64,000 nucleotides of DNA from Alphaproteobacteria bacterium (GTDB taxonomy: Bacteria > Pseudomonadota > Alphaproteobacteria > UBA11136), in contig JADHSZ010000007.1 in assembly GCA_016776635.1 (NCBI GenBank), positions 1,066 through 65,065 of the forward strand, in the 5' to 3' direction. Made by a program: the position numbers and the translations under genes. The notes under the pieces were generated by a model. The model was not told the origin of the DNA. It saw only the letters and a list, made by a program, of their open reading frames with translations, and ran no database searches. Positions 47,079 through 57,416 of the stretch are shown here, in pieces; position 1 is the stretch's first letter, and each line of letters begins with the position of its first letter.

Positions 47079-48020
47079 CTATTCCTCTGGGCGCTCCAGC
47101 AGTTCCATCAGTTCGCGCCATTCACGTTTTGAAAGGCCGCTGGAGTCCTGAGTCGGCTCCTTGCCGCCGATCAAATCCTTCACCACCCCCATGGCCGCCG
47201 CCGAGAAAAAAGCGCCGCCCGTTCGATAGTCGGTGAAGGCCTCGTGAACCAGCGGCACCCACCGCTTCAACTGATCCAGCATAATTTCGGCATAGACGCG
47301 GATTTCATACTGGGCGTGGGGATCGGCGCGCAGGGAAAGGAAATGCATGAGGTTGTGGAGGTCGATCTTCCAGTACCACTGGGTATAGGTGTTGAGGGTT
47401 AAATTCATGCGCGCCAGTTCCCGCGCCAACCCCTTCTTTCCCGGGTCCACGGAATTGCCGTCTTCATCCTCGTTGAGCATTTCCGCGTAATGGCGGTAAC
47501 AGGTCTCGGCGTCCTCGCGCAAAAGCTCCAGGGCGCGGGCGGCTTCGTCGCCTTCCAGCACCTCGCCGCGGCCCTGATGGTTGGCGCTCGACTGCATGGC
47601 CATCTGTTCGGGCGCGGGGATATAGAATTCCTTATCGAGAATGGAATAGCGCGCCGAATACTCGTTGACGTTGGCGGTACGGTGCCTGATCCACTGGCGC
47701 GCCACGAAGATGGGCAGCTTGACGTGGAACTTGATCTCGCACATCTCAAAGGGCGTGGTGTGGCGGTGACGGATGAGATAGCGGATCAGCCCCCGGTCCT
47801 CACTCGCCTTCTTGGTGCCTTTGCCATAAGAAACACGGGCCGCCTGCACCACCGCCCCGTCATCGCCCATATAATCAATGACACGGACAAAGCCGTGATC
47901 GAGCACGTGGGTGGGCTGGTAGAGGATTTCCTCCAGGGCGGGAACGGTAACGCGGCGGGTTTCGGTGCTTTGCGCGCGCGCGCGCGCCACGTCTTCCTGC
48001 TGTTCCGGCGTCAGAGGCAT
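47079..48020 (-). CDS. thyX: FAD-dependent thymidylate synthase ThyX
   Basis: ThyX signature ..[18 protein letters not shown]... Start moved to the ATG at 48020 (AAGGAG upstream). Confidence 0.88.
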   Translation of the reverse strand: MPLTPEQQEDVARARAQSTETRRVTVPALEEILYQPTHVLDHGFVRVIDYMGDDGAVVQAARVSYGKGTKKASEDRGLIRYLIRHRHTTPFEMCEIKFHVKLPIFVARQWIRHRTANVNEYSARYSILDKEFYIPAPEQMAMQSSANHQGRGEVLEGDEAARALELLREDAETCYRHYAEMLNEDEDGNSVDPGKKGLARELARMNLTLNTYTQWYWKIDLHNLMHFLSLRADPHAQYEIRVYAEIMLDQLKRWVPLVHEAFTDYRTGGAFFSAAAMGVVKDLIGGKEPTQDSSGLSKREWRELMELLERPEE

Positions 48021-48211
48021 AATCGTCTTCGCTCCTTGGGGGTGAGAGAGGCGGTTTCCGGGAAGGCTCCAGAGAAGGCCCAGAGAAAAACCCAGGGCCA
48101 TGACTCTACCCCCTCATCTCCCCTCTTTCCACAGCGGAAAAACCCAACCCGGCACAAAATTCTCCCTTCGGGGCACTTTCAATAGAAGCCGGATGCGCTT
48201 ATATTATGGAT

Positions 48212-48505
48212 GTCGGGCGACCGACTATGGCGATAAACGTCATACTCACTACCCGTTACGGACCCGGGGGCAGTACCCGGCGCCTCCACCATTTCCCGGC
48301 CACGATTTTGCGGGCCACAGGTGGGCCTTGTTATGGGGGCGATACAGGATCGACGTGCGTGGAAACGGTATGACTTTTGCTCGGCATGGTACCACCGTTA
48401 TCGGGCCGATCGTCAATTGCGAACGATAATCAAATCGCACTCGCTGCCTAACAATAGGTAAGCGCGGTTCGGGGGGCACCGGGCAACAGAAGCCCCCCAC
48501 TTTGC
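48212..48505 (+). ncRNA. ssrA: Two-piece (circularly permuted) tmRNA gene: acceptor piece ending in CCA at 48291, ~43-nt intervening segment, coding piece from 48335
   Basis: T-arm CCGGG-GGCAGTA-CCCGG (48264-48280). The 3' acceptor strand CGCCTCC-A-CCA (48281-48291) pairs perfectly with GGGGGCG (48335-48341), including G3-U70. The tag ORF is at 48419-48451. Terminal hairpin ggggggc/gcccccc (48471-48498). The 5' end (~48212) and 3' end (~48505) are approximate. Confidence 0.85.
48419..48451 (+). other. tmRNA tag reading frame: ANDNQIALAA-stop
   Basis: gcg aac gat aat caa atc gca ctc gct gcc taa. ANDN..LAA is the alphaproteobacterial tag style. Confidence 0.8.
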
Positions 48506-48523
48506 CAGACCGGCCCTACAGGA

Positions 48524-49048
48524 GTGGACCCACAGGACATGACGGACGAATTGTTGCAATACGATCAGATGGTCGAAAATGCGCTTCGCTCCGTGGTCCG
48601 CGAGTCCCTGACCCAGGTTGCCGAACACGGCTTTCCCGGCAAACACCATTTCTACATCACCTTCCGTACCGGCCATGGCGAGGTAGAGATTCCCGAACAT
48701 CTGAAAAAACAGCATCCCCAGGAAATGACCATTGTTATCGAACACCAGTTCTGGGGGCTGGAAGTGGAAGAGGATTTCTTCGAAGTCACCCTGAGCTTCA
48801 ACAAGATACACGAACGCCTGCATATTCCTTTTGCCGCCGTTACTGGATTCGCCGATCCCTCGGTTAAGTTCGGCCTCCAGATGACCTCCTCCGGGGGAGA
48901 CGAACCCATCCCCATGGAGATCAAGGACAGCGACGCGCAGGAGGCGGAAACCGATGCCGATACCGACGCCGATGATGACACCCTCCCGGCGGGCGGCGGC
49001 GAGGTGGTGACCCTGGACGCCTTCCGCAAGCGGCCGGGCAAGAGTTGA
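48524..49048 (+). CDS. sspB: ClpXP adaptor SspB (alphaproteobacterial type)
   Basis: ..[18 protein letters not shown]...G.PG.HHFYITF.T.H..V.IP..L...YP.EMTIV..HQFW.L.V.... plus an acidic tail. Start is the GTG at 48524 or the ATG at 48539. Confidence 0.75.
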   Translation: MDPQDMTDELLQYDQMVENALRSVVRESLTQVAEHGFPGKHHFYITFRTGHGEVEIPEHLKKQHPQEMTIVIEHQFWGLEVEEDFFEVTLSFNKIHERLHIPFAAVTGFADPSVKFGLQMTSSGGDEPIPMEIKDSDAQEAETDADTDADDDTLPAGGGEVVTLDAFRKRPGKS

Positions 49049-49100
49049 CCTCACCCCCCGGCATCTAGCCCCCCTTTTCGGCCCTTTCCCGGACAGTTCC

Positions 49101-50731
<1,631 letters not shown>

Positions 50732-50732
<1 letters not shown>

Positions 50733-50983
50733 TGACCGCCCCACCCACCGAAAACAGCGACGGCGCGCGCATGGGCAAGCATTCGGTGGTCATCGCCGGT
50801 CACCGCACCAGCGTGTCTCTGGAAAACGCCTTCTGGGAAGTCTTAAGCGAGATCGCGGCGCGCCAGAACCTGTCACGCAACCGCCTTATCGGCATGATCG
50901 ATTCGCGCCGCACTGGCAATCTCTCCAGCGCCATCCGCCTTTACGTGCTCGAAGAACTGCGGCGCCCGACGCCATCCGTTTAA
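50732..50983 (+). CDS. Ribbon-helix-helix (RHH_4-like) small protein
   Basis: ..HSVVIAGHRTSVSLENAFWEVLSEIAARQNLSRNRLIGMID..R.GNLSSAIRLYVLE.. The start may instead be the ATG at 50771. Confidence 0.65.
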
Positions 50984-50999
50984 AGCCCTCCGTCTGGGG

Positions 51000-53900
51000 C
51001 TATTTGAAAATTCCCTTCAAAATCCCCTTCAATGCCTTTTCCGGTTCCTTGAGGGGATCGACGGTTTCGGGCTGTTGCGTCGGTGCTGGCGCGGGCGCGG
51101 TCTGACCTTCCGTGGGTGCTGGCGCGGTCTGGGTCGCCCCGCCGCCGCCGAGGATTTTATCGAGAATTTCTCCCGCGCCGCCTTCACCCTCCTTCTTGGG
51201 GATCACTTTGCGCAACAGGGAACCCACGCCGCGCTGCAACAGATAGGCCTGCATGCGTTCGATGTCGAAGACCCGCTTGGGCTGATCTATGGAGCCGCTG
51301 AGATGCATGCCGAAGGGCGGCGCCTTGGGATGTTCGGTAAGGAAAAAATTGGCCTTGATATCCAGCACCCAGCGCGGCAGGTCGATGATCCCGGTGGCCC
51401 GGCCCTCCCCGGCATGGGCCAGCAACAGGATATCATCGGTGCGGACCACGCCCTTTTCGATATTGAAGGTACCGTCGAGGCGCGAGAACCGGGTCTGCCC
51501 CCCCGACATGGAGCTCTGAAGCAAAGACAGGAAGCCCATGGCGTTATCGAGTTTTTTCAATCTCTCGCTGACGGCGGTGAGGTTGAAACCATCCACCACG
51601 CCCTCGGTCACCTTCATCACCCCCTTGCCGGAAAGGGCGGAGATCATTTCCAGGGAAGAACGGCCCGAGGTGGCGGTATTAAGGGTGAACTGCAGCCGTC
51701 CGTCGGCCACGTCGATGTCGCCGGCGGTGAACAGGGCTTGTTTGATATCGGCATTGGCCACGGAAATATTGCTGGTGAGGGTGGGCACCGCGGCCGCCAC
51801 CAACTGGCTCTGCATGTTGAAATCGCCCTCGAACATCTTTCCCGAAAGCTGGGAAACGGTGAGTACCGATTCTTTCAAATTCATCACCAGCTGCGGCTGG
51901 TCCACCCGGTATTTGTCATAGGCCAGCGCCGCGGCCGCCAGCTTGATATCGGCGTCGAAGGCGGTGAGCCCGGACAGATCGAGGGGCGCCCTGGACCACG
52001 GCACAGAGGGCGCGGGGGGCGCCCGTTTTTTGCCCTTGGTTGCGGCGAGAACGGGTCCGGCGCGCCACTCTGGGGCCAGCCCCAGTGACTTGGAAGCCGC
52101 GGGCAGGAACAGGTCGGTAACGATTTCGCTTCCCGAAAGGGTGGCGGTCACATGAGGCCGCGCGCCGCCAAGGGCAATCTGGGCCTCTCCGGCAAGGGCC
52201 ACCGGACCCACCTTGCTGTCCATATTGGACAAGGTGAGGCGGTTGGCGTCGCCGTGGACCTGGCCGCGAAAGCTGAATCCCCCCAGCTTGACCGCCGCCG
52301 GACGATAGTCGGGGGCAAAGACCCGGGCCAGCTTGACGACGCTGGAATGGCTCGCATCCACGATCATGTTTATTTTCGGATTCAGGATCGTGTCCTCCAC
52401 CACCCCGGCCAGGGTCGCCTTGGCTCCGGCCAGGTCGAGACCGGCATCAATACGAACAGAAGAAAACGAGCCCGTCAGTTTTCCAGCAAAACCAAGTGCT
52501 CCCATGCGGGAGGCATAGTCCGGGGGTTCGGCACCGCCAAGACGGAACAGCGCGGGAATATTCTTGGTCTTGAGGTCAAAACCGAGATTCACCTGCGGCG
52601 CCGAATCCAGCTTATCAAGCGAACCCGTGACCTTGATCCCGGCCCCGGCAAGGTCGCTGATTCCGGCATCGTGCAGAGTCAGTTTTCCGCCCTGGATGGT
52701 GCCGTCGAGACGCGCCCCCTTGATGGCCGTCTTGTTGTAGTCGAGGATGCCCGCCGTAATCTTGAAATTGGCGTCGAACCCGCCCAGCGCCGCAAGCGCG
52801 CCCGGTGACCCTTTGCCGTTACTTTTTAGGGGGGCGGGTTTTTTCGCTCCCGCATCTCCTCCGATATCTCCCCTGGCCTTGCTCACGGCTTCAAGGCCCT
52901 TGGCTGCCCCTTTTCCGGCATCCCCGGCAACGGGCAGATAGGCATTGAGATTGAGACGGTCGAGATCGAGACTGAGCCCAAAGGCCGGACGCTCGCGCAA
53001 GGCAATGACAAGACCACCGGTCATCTTGGTGGCGTCGAGACGTATGGCCAGATTGGTCACATTCACCTGCTGGCGCGATCCCGCGACCTGTCCCGACAGG
53101 CTGAGCCCGCGCAGGCGGTCGGCGGGAACTCCGCCGGCGTCGATCTTCAACCAGTCAAGCAGGGCGCGCAGGTTCTTCGACGCCGCCTTGAAACTTCCGG
53201 CGAAAACCGGCTGCCCCTTGCTCGCGCCCAGCGTCCCCGACAGGGCATAGCTGGTGCCGCCGGGAAGCTGCGCCGTGGCCTTGCGCACCGACAACTGCCC
53301 CTTCTCAAGGCCCGCCTCCACAACCGCCTCGCGGATCACCTTGCCGTTATAGACCAGCACCTCGGTGGAGAGGTTGAGGGAAGCGGCGACACCTGAAGGC
53401 AGAGCGAACCCGGAATCGGAGGAGGCCTTTTTCTTGTCCCCCTTGTCCCCCTTGGTTCCCGTGGCGGCGGAGGACTCCTTGCCCCGTTTCTCGCCATCGC
53501 CGGAGGCGGGTTTTGCCTTGGTGCTCGCCATGGCCAGCCATTCGTCGAGATCAATGCGGCCGAAGTGCAGGGCGCCCGCCACCCGCGGGGAGGGCGACAA
53601 CGCAACGGTGACGGCCCCGCCGGCCTTGATGTCACCCAGTTGCAGGGAAAGGTCGTTCACGCCCAGCTTTTCAGCCGAAGCGCTCAATGTGCCCTCCACC
53701 GTCACCGCCTGGGCGAGGAACCCGGGCAGGGCCGGCATGGCGCCGGGGGCCGAGAAAGAGATAGCCTCGCCAAGGTCATCACCTGTCACCTTAAGAGTGC
53801 CAGTAAATTCCCCCTCGGCGGACAGCTTCGACAGCGATCCGGTAATTCGCGCCGTGACTCCTGCCGGATCGAGACCCGCTTCCAGTATCACGGGAAGAGG

Positions 53901-54611
53901 ACGGGCGGGATCGAGAGGCCCCACCCTGGCGGAAAAACTCAGCGGCAGGCCGTGGGTGACCATATCCCCCTCGGCCTCGAAGGGGCCTTGCAGGGATTTG
54001 GCGGTGATATCGGCATTGAGGCCGGCGATCTTCTCAAAGGTTCCCGAACCCGCATCGCGATAACTCAGGGTGCCGTTTTCGATGGCGAAATGGTTGAGCG
54101 TTACCATCACATCGGGGCTGCTCCCAGAATCAGTCCCCGAATCAGCCCCAGGCCCGGCTCCCGAATCCCCGTCCTTGGCGGCGGGAATGGTGGGGTCCAT
54201 TTCCTCTCCGGTAGAGGTCTCCAGCGCCGCGAAGGTCCAGTTATTGAGGCCGTTTTTCAGAACTTCGAGATGAATGACTGGTTCCACCAGGGAAATGGAT
54301 TCCACCTCCACCTCTCCTTCGAACAGGGGCCGCAGCGCCACCCGCACGGTCAGAGCCTTGAGGCTGACCATATCGGGCTCGACAGCGCCTTCCACATTGG
54401 CGAGATGAAGGTCGCGGACCGACAAAGCGGGCGTGGGAAATACCGAGAGCTTAAGGTCGCCGCCGATGAAAACATCACGACCCGTGGCCTTCTTGGCCTG
54501 GCTGGCGATGGCGCCCTTGTACTCGTTCCAGTCTATGAAACTGGGCACCACCAGGGCGGCGGCGATAAAGATCACAATCAGGCCCAACAGGCCCGTCAAC
54601 AGCTTCCGCAA
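51000..54611 (-). CDS. AsmA-family large envelope protein
   Basis: 1203 aa. AsmA-type N-terminus MRKLLTGLLGLIVIFIAAALVVPSFIDWNEYKGAI...GRDV.I.GDL.L..FP.P.L...D. Long beta-rich repeats and a Pro/Ala/Thr-rich tail. Confidence 0.85.
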   Translation of the reverse strand: MRKLLTGLLGLIVIFIAAALVVPSFIDWNEYKGAIASQAKKATGRDVFIGGDLKLSVFPTPALSVRDLHLANVEGAVEPDMVSLKALTVRVALRPLFEGEVEVESISLVEPVIHLEVLKNGLNNWTFAALETSTGEEMDPTIPAAKDGDSGAGPGADSGTDSGSSPDVMVTLNHFAIENGTLSYRDAGSGTFEKIAGLNADITAKSLQGPFEAEGDMVTHGLPLSFSARVGPLDPARPLPVILEAGLDPAGVTARITGSLSKLSAEGEFTGTLKVTGDDLGEAISFSAPGAMPALPGFLAQAVTVEGTLSASAEKLGVNDLSLQLGDIKAGGAVTVALSPSPRVAGALHFGRIDLDEWLAMASTKAKPASGDGEKRGKESSAATGTKGDKGDKKKASSDSGFALPSGVAASLNLSTEVLVYNGKVIREAVVEAGLEKGQLSVRKATAQLPGGTSYALSGTLGASKGQPVFAGSFKAASKNLRALLDWLKIDAGGVPADRLRGLSLSGQVAGSRQQVNVTNLAIRLDATKMTGGLVIALRERPAFGLSLDLDRLNLNAYLPVAGDAGKGAAKGLEAVSKARGDIGGDAGAKKPAPLKSNGKGSPGALAALGGFDANFKITAGILDYNKTAIKGARLDGTIQGGKLTLHDAGISDLAGAGIKVTGSLDKLDSAPQVNLGFDLKTKNIPALFRLGGAEPPDYASRMGALGFAGKLTGSFSSVRIDAGLDLAGAKATLAGVVEDTILNPKINMIVDASHSSVVKLARVFAPDYRPAAVKLGGFSFRGQVHGDANRLTLSNMDSKVGPVALAGEAQIALGGARPHVTATLSGSEIVTDLFLPAASKSLGLAPEWRAGPVLAATKGKKRAPPAPSVPWSRAPLDLSGLTAFDADIKLAAAALAYDKYRVDQPQLVMNLKESVLTVSQLSGKMFEGDFNMQSQLVAAAVPTLTSNISVANADIKQALFTAGDIDVADGRLQFTLNTATSGRSSLEMISALSGKGVMKVTEGVVDGFNLTAVSERLKKLDNAMGFLSLLQSSMSGGQTRFSRLDGTFNIEKGVVRTDDILLLAHAGEGRATGIIDLPRWVLDIKANFFLTEHPKAPPFGMHLSGSIDQPKRVFDIERMQAYLLQRGVGSLLRKVIPKKEGEGGAGEILDKILGGGGATQTAPAPTEGQTAPAPAPTQQPETVDPLKEPEKALKGILKGIFK

Positions 54612-54785
54612 AAGGCACCCTCCCCGGCAACCTCACACCATGGCGCTAGCACCCCATGACGGACGTTGCATTGGTTCCCCGTAATCTGGAAAATCGTAAT
54701 CTGGAAAGTCACTGCGGGGATCACACTATTCACCCGGGCACTCTAGAGCACCCTCCGATCAAATGAAATCATTTGACCGGAATAA

Positions 54786-54877
54786 TTTTACGCCGTGACG
54801 TCGTTGCGCTTCTTTGCCCATATCCCGTATCGTCATGCGAAGCGCTGCCCAGAGTCTCTCTGAGTCACGGCGTAAAA
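54786..54877. repeat. 92-bp unit bounded by perfect 14-bp inverted repeats (MITE-like element or 5' leader structure)
   Basis: ttttacgccgtgac (54786-54799) and gtcacggcgtaaaa (54864-54877), separated by a 64-nt spacer. Lies upstream of the aldolase gene. Confidence 0.45.
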
Positions 54878-54929
54878 GAACCCTGCTGATGTCCCCCGCT
54901 GACACCCCCAATATCAAAGAGGATCCAAG

Positions 54930-55703
54930 GTGCCCCACCCTCCCTTCAAGACACGGCTGAAAAAAGGCCGCCCCGCCCTGGGATGCCTGTCCAATATGGG
55001 CAGCCCCGTGGCCGCCGAGATTCTCGCCGCCAGCGGTTATGACGCCGTGATGACGGATATGGAACACGGCCCCGGCGATTTCGCCAACGCCGTGCAACAG
55101 TTCCAGGCCATCACCGCGGGCGGCGCAGTGCCCCTGATCCGGGTGCCCGCCAACGACCCGGTGGACCTCAAACGGGCGCTTGATTCCGGGCCCGCGGGCG
55201 TCATGGTGCCGGCGGTAAGTTCCGCCGCCGAGGCCGCCGCCGCCGTGGAGGCCTGCCGCTATCCGCCACAAGGTATTCGCGGGGTCGCCCATTCGGTGGC
55301 GCGGGCCTCTGGTTACGGCACGGATGTGGAAGGTTATCTGCGATGGCTGGAGACGGAGTTCCTGCTCATCTGCCAGATCGAAACCATGGAGGGGCTGGGC
55401 GATGTGGACGCCATCGCCGCCGTGGCGGGCGTGGACATGCTGCTGGTGGGGCCCATGGACCTGTCGGCCAGCGCCGGCCATTTCAACGATCCCGACTGCG
55501 CGGAAATGGACTCCCTTATGGCGCGGGTGGCCGAGGCCGCCGGCAGTGAGGACATCTTGCTCGGCACCATGGCCACCGCCGGGAGAGCCGCGCCCGATCT
55601 CTTCAAGGCGGGCTATGACTTCGTTCTCGATACCGTGGATATTGCCCTGTTGCGCGAGGCGGCGCGGGCCAAGGTGGCGGCGAGCCGCGACTACACAAAA
55701 TAA
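54930..55703 (+). CDS. HpcH/HpaI-family aldolase
   Basis: ..LGCLSNMGSPVAAEILAASGYDAVMTDMEHGPGD.. and ..QIETMEGL.NVDAIAAV.GVD.L.VGP.DLS... GTG start. Confidence 0.8.
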   Translation: MPHPPFKTRLKKGRPALGCLSNMGSPVAAEILAASGYDAVMTDMEHGPGDFANAVQQFQAITAGGAVPLIRVPANDPVDLKRALDSGPAGVMVPAVSSAAEAAAAVEACRYPPQGIRGVAHSVARASGYGTDVEGYLRWLETEFLLICQIETMEGLGDVDAIAAVAGVDMLLVGPMDLSASAGHFNDPDCAEMDSLMARVAEAAGSEDILLGTMATAGRAAPDLFKAGYDFVLDTVDIALLREAARAKVAASRDYTK

Positions 55704-56031
55704 GGACTGGGATTCGCTCTAGAGAAGCGACGCGACAAAGGCCGCCAGCACCAGAACCGGGGCAAAAAAGCGGATCTTCTGGTCGGAAACGATAACCAGT
55801 CGTTTTGCAAAGGTGGCGTTACGAACGGTTTTCATAGGGGCACTCCCTGTCGTGTAAAGGGGATAACGGAAGTTGACGCCTACCTTAGCAAACAAAGGTT
55901 TGCGGGCCGTTAACGATGGCAACAATTTGATGCAAATGCGTGAAACTCCTCCCGCCATCGCATCATTTTCCCCATCCGCCACCTGCTATCGCTTTTACTA
56001 GAAATCCGCCTTAATAAAAAATTAAAGACCC

Positions 56032-56047
56032 TGTGACCCTGGTCACA
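56032..56047. promoter_or_regulatory. Perfect CRP-type palindrome TGTGA-N6-TCACA
   Basis: tgtgaccctggtcaca, extended to ctgtgacc/ggtcacag. Sits in an AT-rich region ~120 nt upstream of the response-regulator ATG at 56169. Confidence 0.5.
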
Positions 56048-56168
56048 GACATTTTTACTTTAGAATTTTACAAGAATTAAACTCTACACGCTTGGTTGTG
56101 GAGGGAGCCGGGTATTACGGCGATAACAGCCCCTAAAAAGCCGCCCCCAGAAGCCCCCCCGGACGACG

Positions 56169-56561
56169 ATGATAAAAATGACGAAAAAAATTCTCATTGC
56201 CGAGGACGATCCCGTCGGCCAGCTCGTTCTGGAGAAATTTCTCAAGGATGAACGCGTTCGCATTTCCTGTGTCGATAACGGGGAGGACGCGGTGACGCTG
56301 CATGAACTTCATGGCTTCGACCTCATTTTCATGGATATAAGAATGCCGCGAATGGACGGCCTTTCGGCAATCAAGCGCATCAGAAAACTCAATGACGAAA
56401 AGGCCAGGGTTCCCATTATCTGCGTAACCGCCTATGCCATGGACGGGGATGATAAAAAGTTCCTGAAAGCCGGCGCCGATGCCTATATTGCAAAGCCCTT
56501 CAACAAGGAACAGATCACCGCCGCCACCGCCACCTACCTGGCTTCCGCACAAACGGCGTAA
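56169..56561 (+). CDS. Single-domain response regulator (CheY-like receiver)
   Basis: KILIAEDDPV.., the phospho-acceptor context FDLIFMDIRMPRMDG, and ..ICVTAYA...AGADAYIAKP... Confidence 0.88.
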   Translation: MIKMTKKILIAEDDPVGQLVLEKFLKDERVRISCVDNGEDAVTLHELHGFDLIFMDIRMPRMDGLSAIKRIRKLNDEKARVPIICVTAYAMDGDDKKFLKAGADAYIAKPFNKEQITAATATYLASAQTA

Positions 56562-56604
56562 CCGCACCCGTCACGCGGAACGGGGAACACCCTGGGAATA
56601 CCCA

Positions 56605-57405
56605 ATGAAAAACCGGGCCCTCCCGCGCCATAAACTGATTCATCGGGGACTAACCAGCCGGATACTGATGGTCCTGGCGCTGCTGCTTGCCGGGCCGCTG
56701 GCGGCGGTGGCCGGGGGTGCTGTAAATCTAGATGCCGACTGGCGCACGGCAAGCCGGGACAGCACCGGGCTCGCCCCCGACCCGGCCACGACACCCGAAG
56801 CCATCGTCCAGGTCTATGCCGCCCGCGCCTTCGGCTGGCGCGGCCTGTTCGGGGTCCATAGCTGGATCGCCGCCAAGCGGGAACACGCCCCGGCCTACAC
56901 GGTCTACCAGGTGATCGGCTGGCGCGCCCTGCACGGCGGATCGGCGCTCACCGTGGGGACGGGCGTGCCCGACCGCGAATGGTTCGGCAACGCGCCGGAG
57001 ATTCTCGCCGACTTCAGGGACGGCCGTGACGGGGTGGATGTGACGGCCATGATCGACGCCATAGACACCGCCGTGGCCGCCTACCCCTATGCCGGGGAAT
57101 ACCGCCTCTGGCCCGGTCCCAATTCCAACACCTTCACCGCCTTCGTGGGACGCCGGGTGCCGGCCATGAACCTCCACCTTCCCGTCACCGCCATCGGCAA
57201 GGATTACCTCGCCAATGGCAGCCTGCTGGCCAGCGCCCCCAGCGGCACCGGAGTCCAGCTTTCCCTGCTCGGTGTGGCTGGGCTTACACTGGCACAGCGC
57301 GAGGGCGTGGAGATTAATCTTCTGGGGCTTGGTTTCGGTGTGGACTTCCTGCGCCCGGCGCTGAAACTTCCCGGCATCGGCCGCATCGGTATGGACAGGG
57401 AATGA
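56605..57405 (+). CDS. DUF3750-like exported protein
   Basis: The ATG at 56605 gives MKNRALPRHKLIHRGLTSRILMVLALLLAGPLAAVAG... and ..VQVYAARAFGWRGLFGVHSWIAAK...YTVYQVIGW... Family call is from memory. Confidence 0.6.
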   Translation: MKNRALPRHKLIHRGLTSRILMVLALLLAGPLAAVAGGAVNLDADWRTASRDSTGLAPDPATTPEAIVQVYAARAFGWRGLFGVHSWIAAKREHAPAYTVYQVIGWRALHGGSALTVGTGVPDREWFGNAPEILADFRDGRDGVDVTAMIDAIDTAVAAYPYAGEYRLWPGPNSNTFTAFVGRRVPAMNLHLPVTAIGKDYLANGSLLASAPSGTGVQLSLLGVAGLTLAQREGVEINLLGLGFGVDFLRPALKLPGIGRIGMDRE

Positions 57406-57416
57406 CCCCGGCCTGA

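Noticed and set aside
51075-54659. Several 200-360-aa plus-strand ORFs (51075-52088, 52152-52808, 53365-54063, 53565-54659)
   Set aside because: All are antisense to the single 1203-aa AsmA-family gene, which has a coherent N-terminal TM and repeat architecture.
54759-55481. 240-aa minus-strand ORF
   Set aside because: It is antisense to the HpcH/HpaI aldolase gene. Its C-terminus runs through the inverted-repeat element.
55719-55982. 87-aa minus-strand ORF (possibly a 38-aa membrane peptide from the ATG at 55835, with GGGAG upstream)
   Set aside because: The long form has no protein-like features. The short form is plausible but too short to support from sequence alone.
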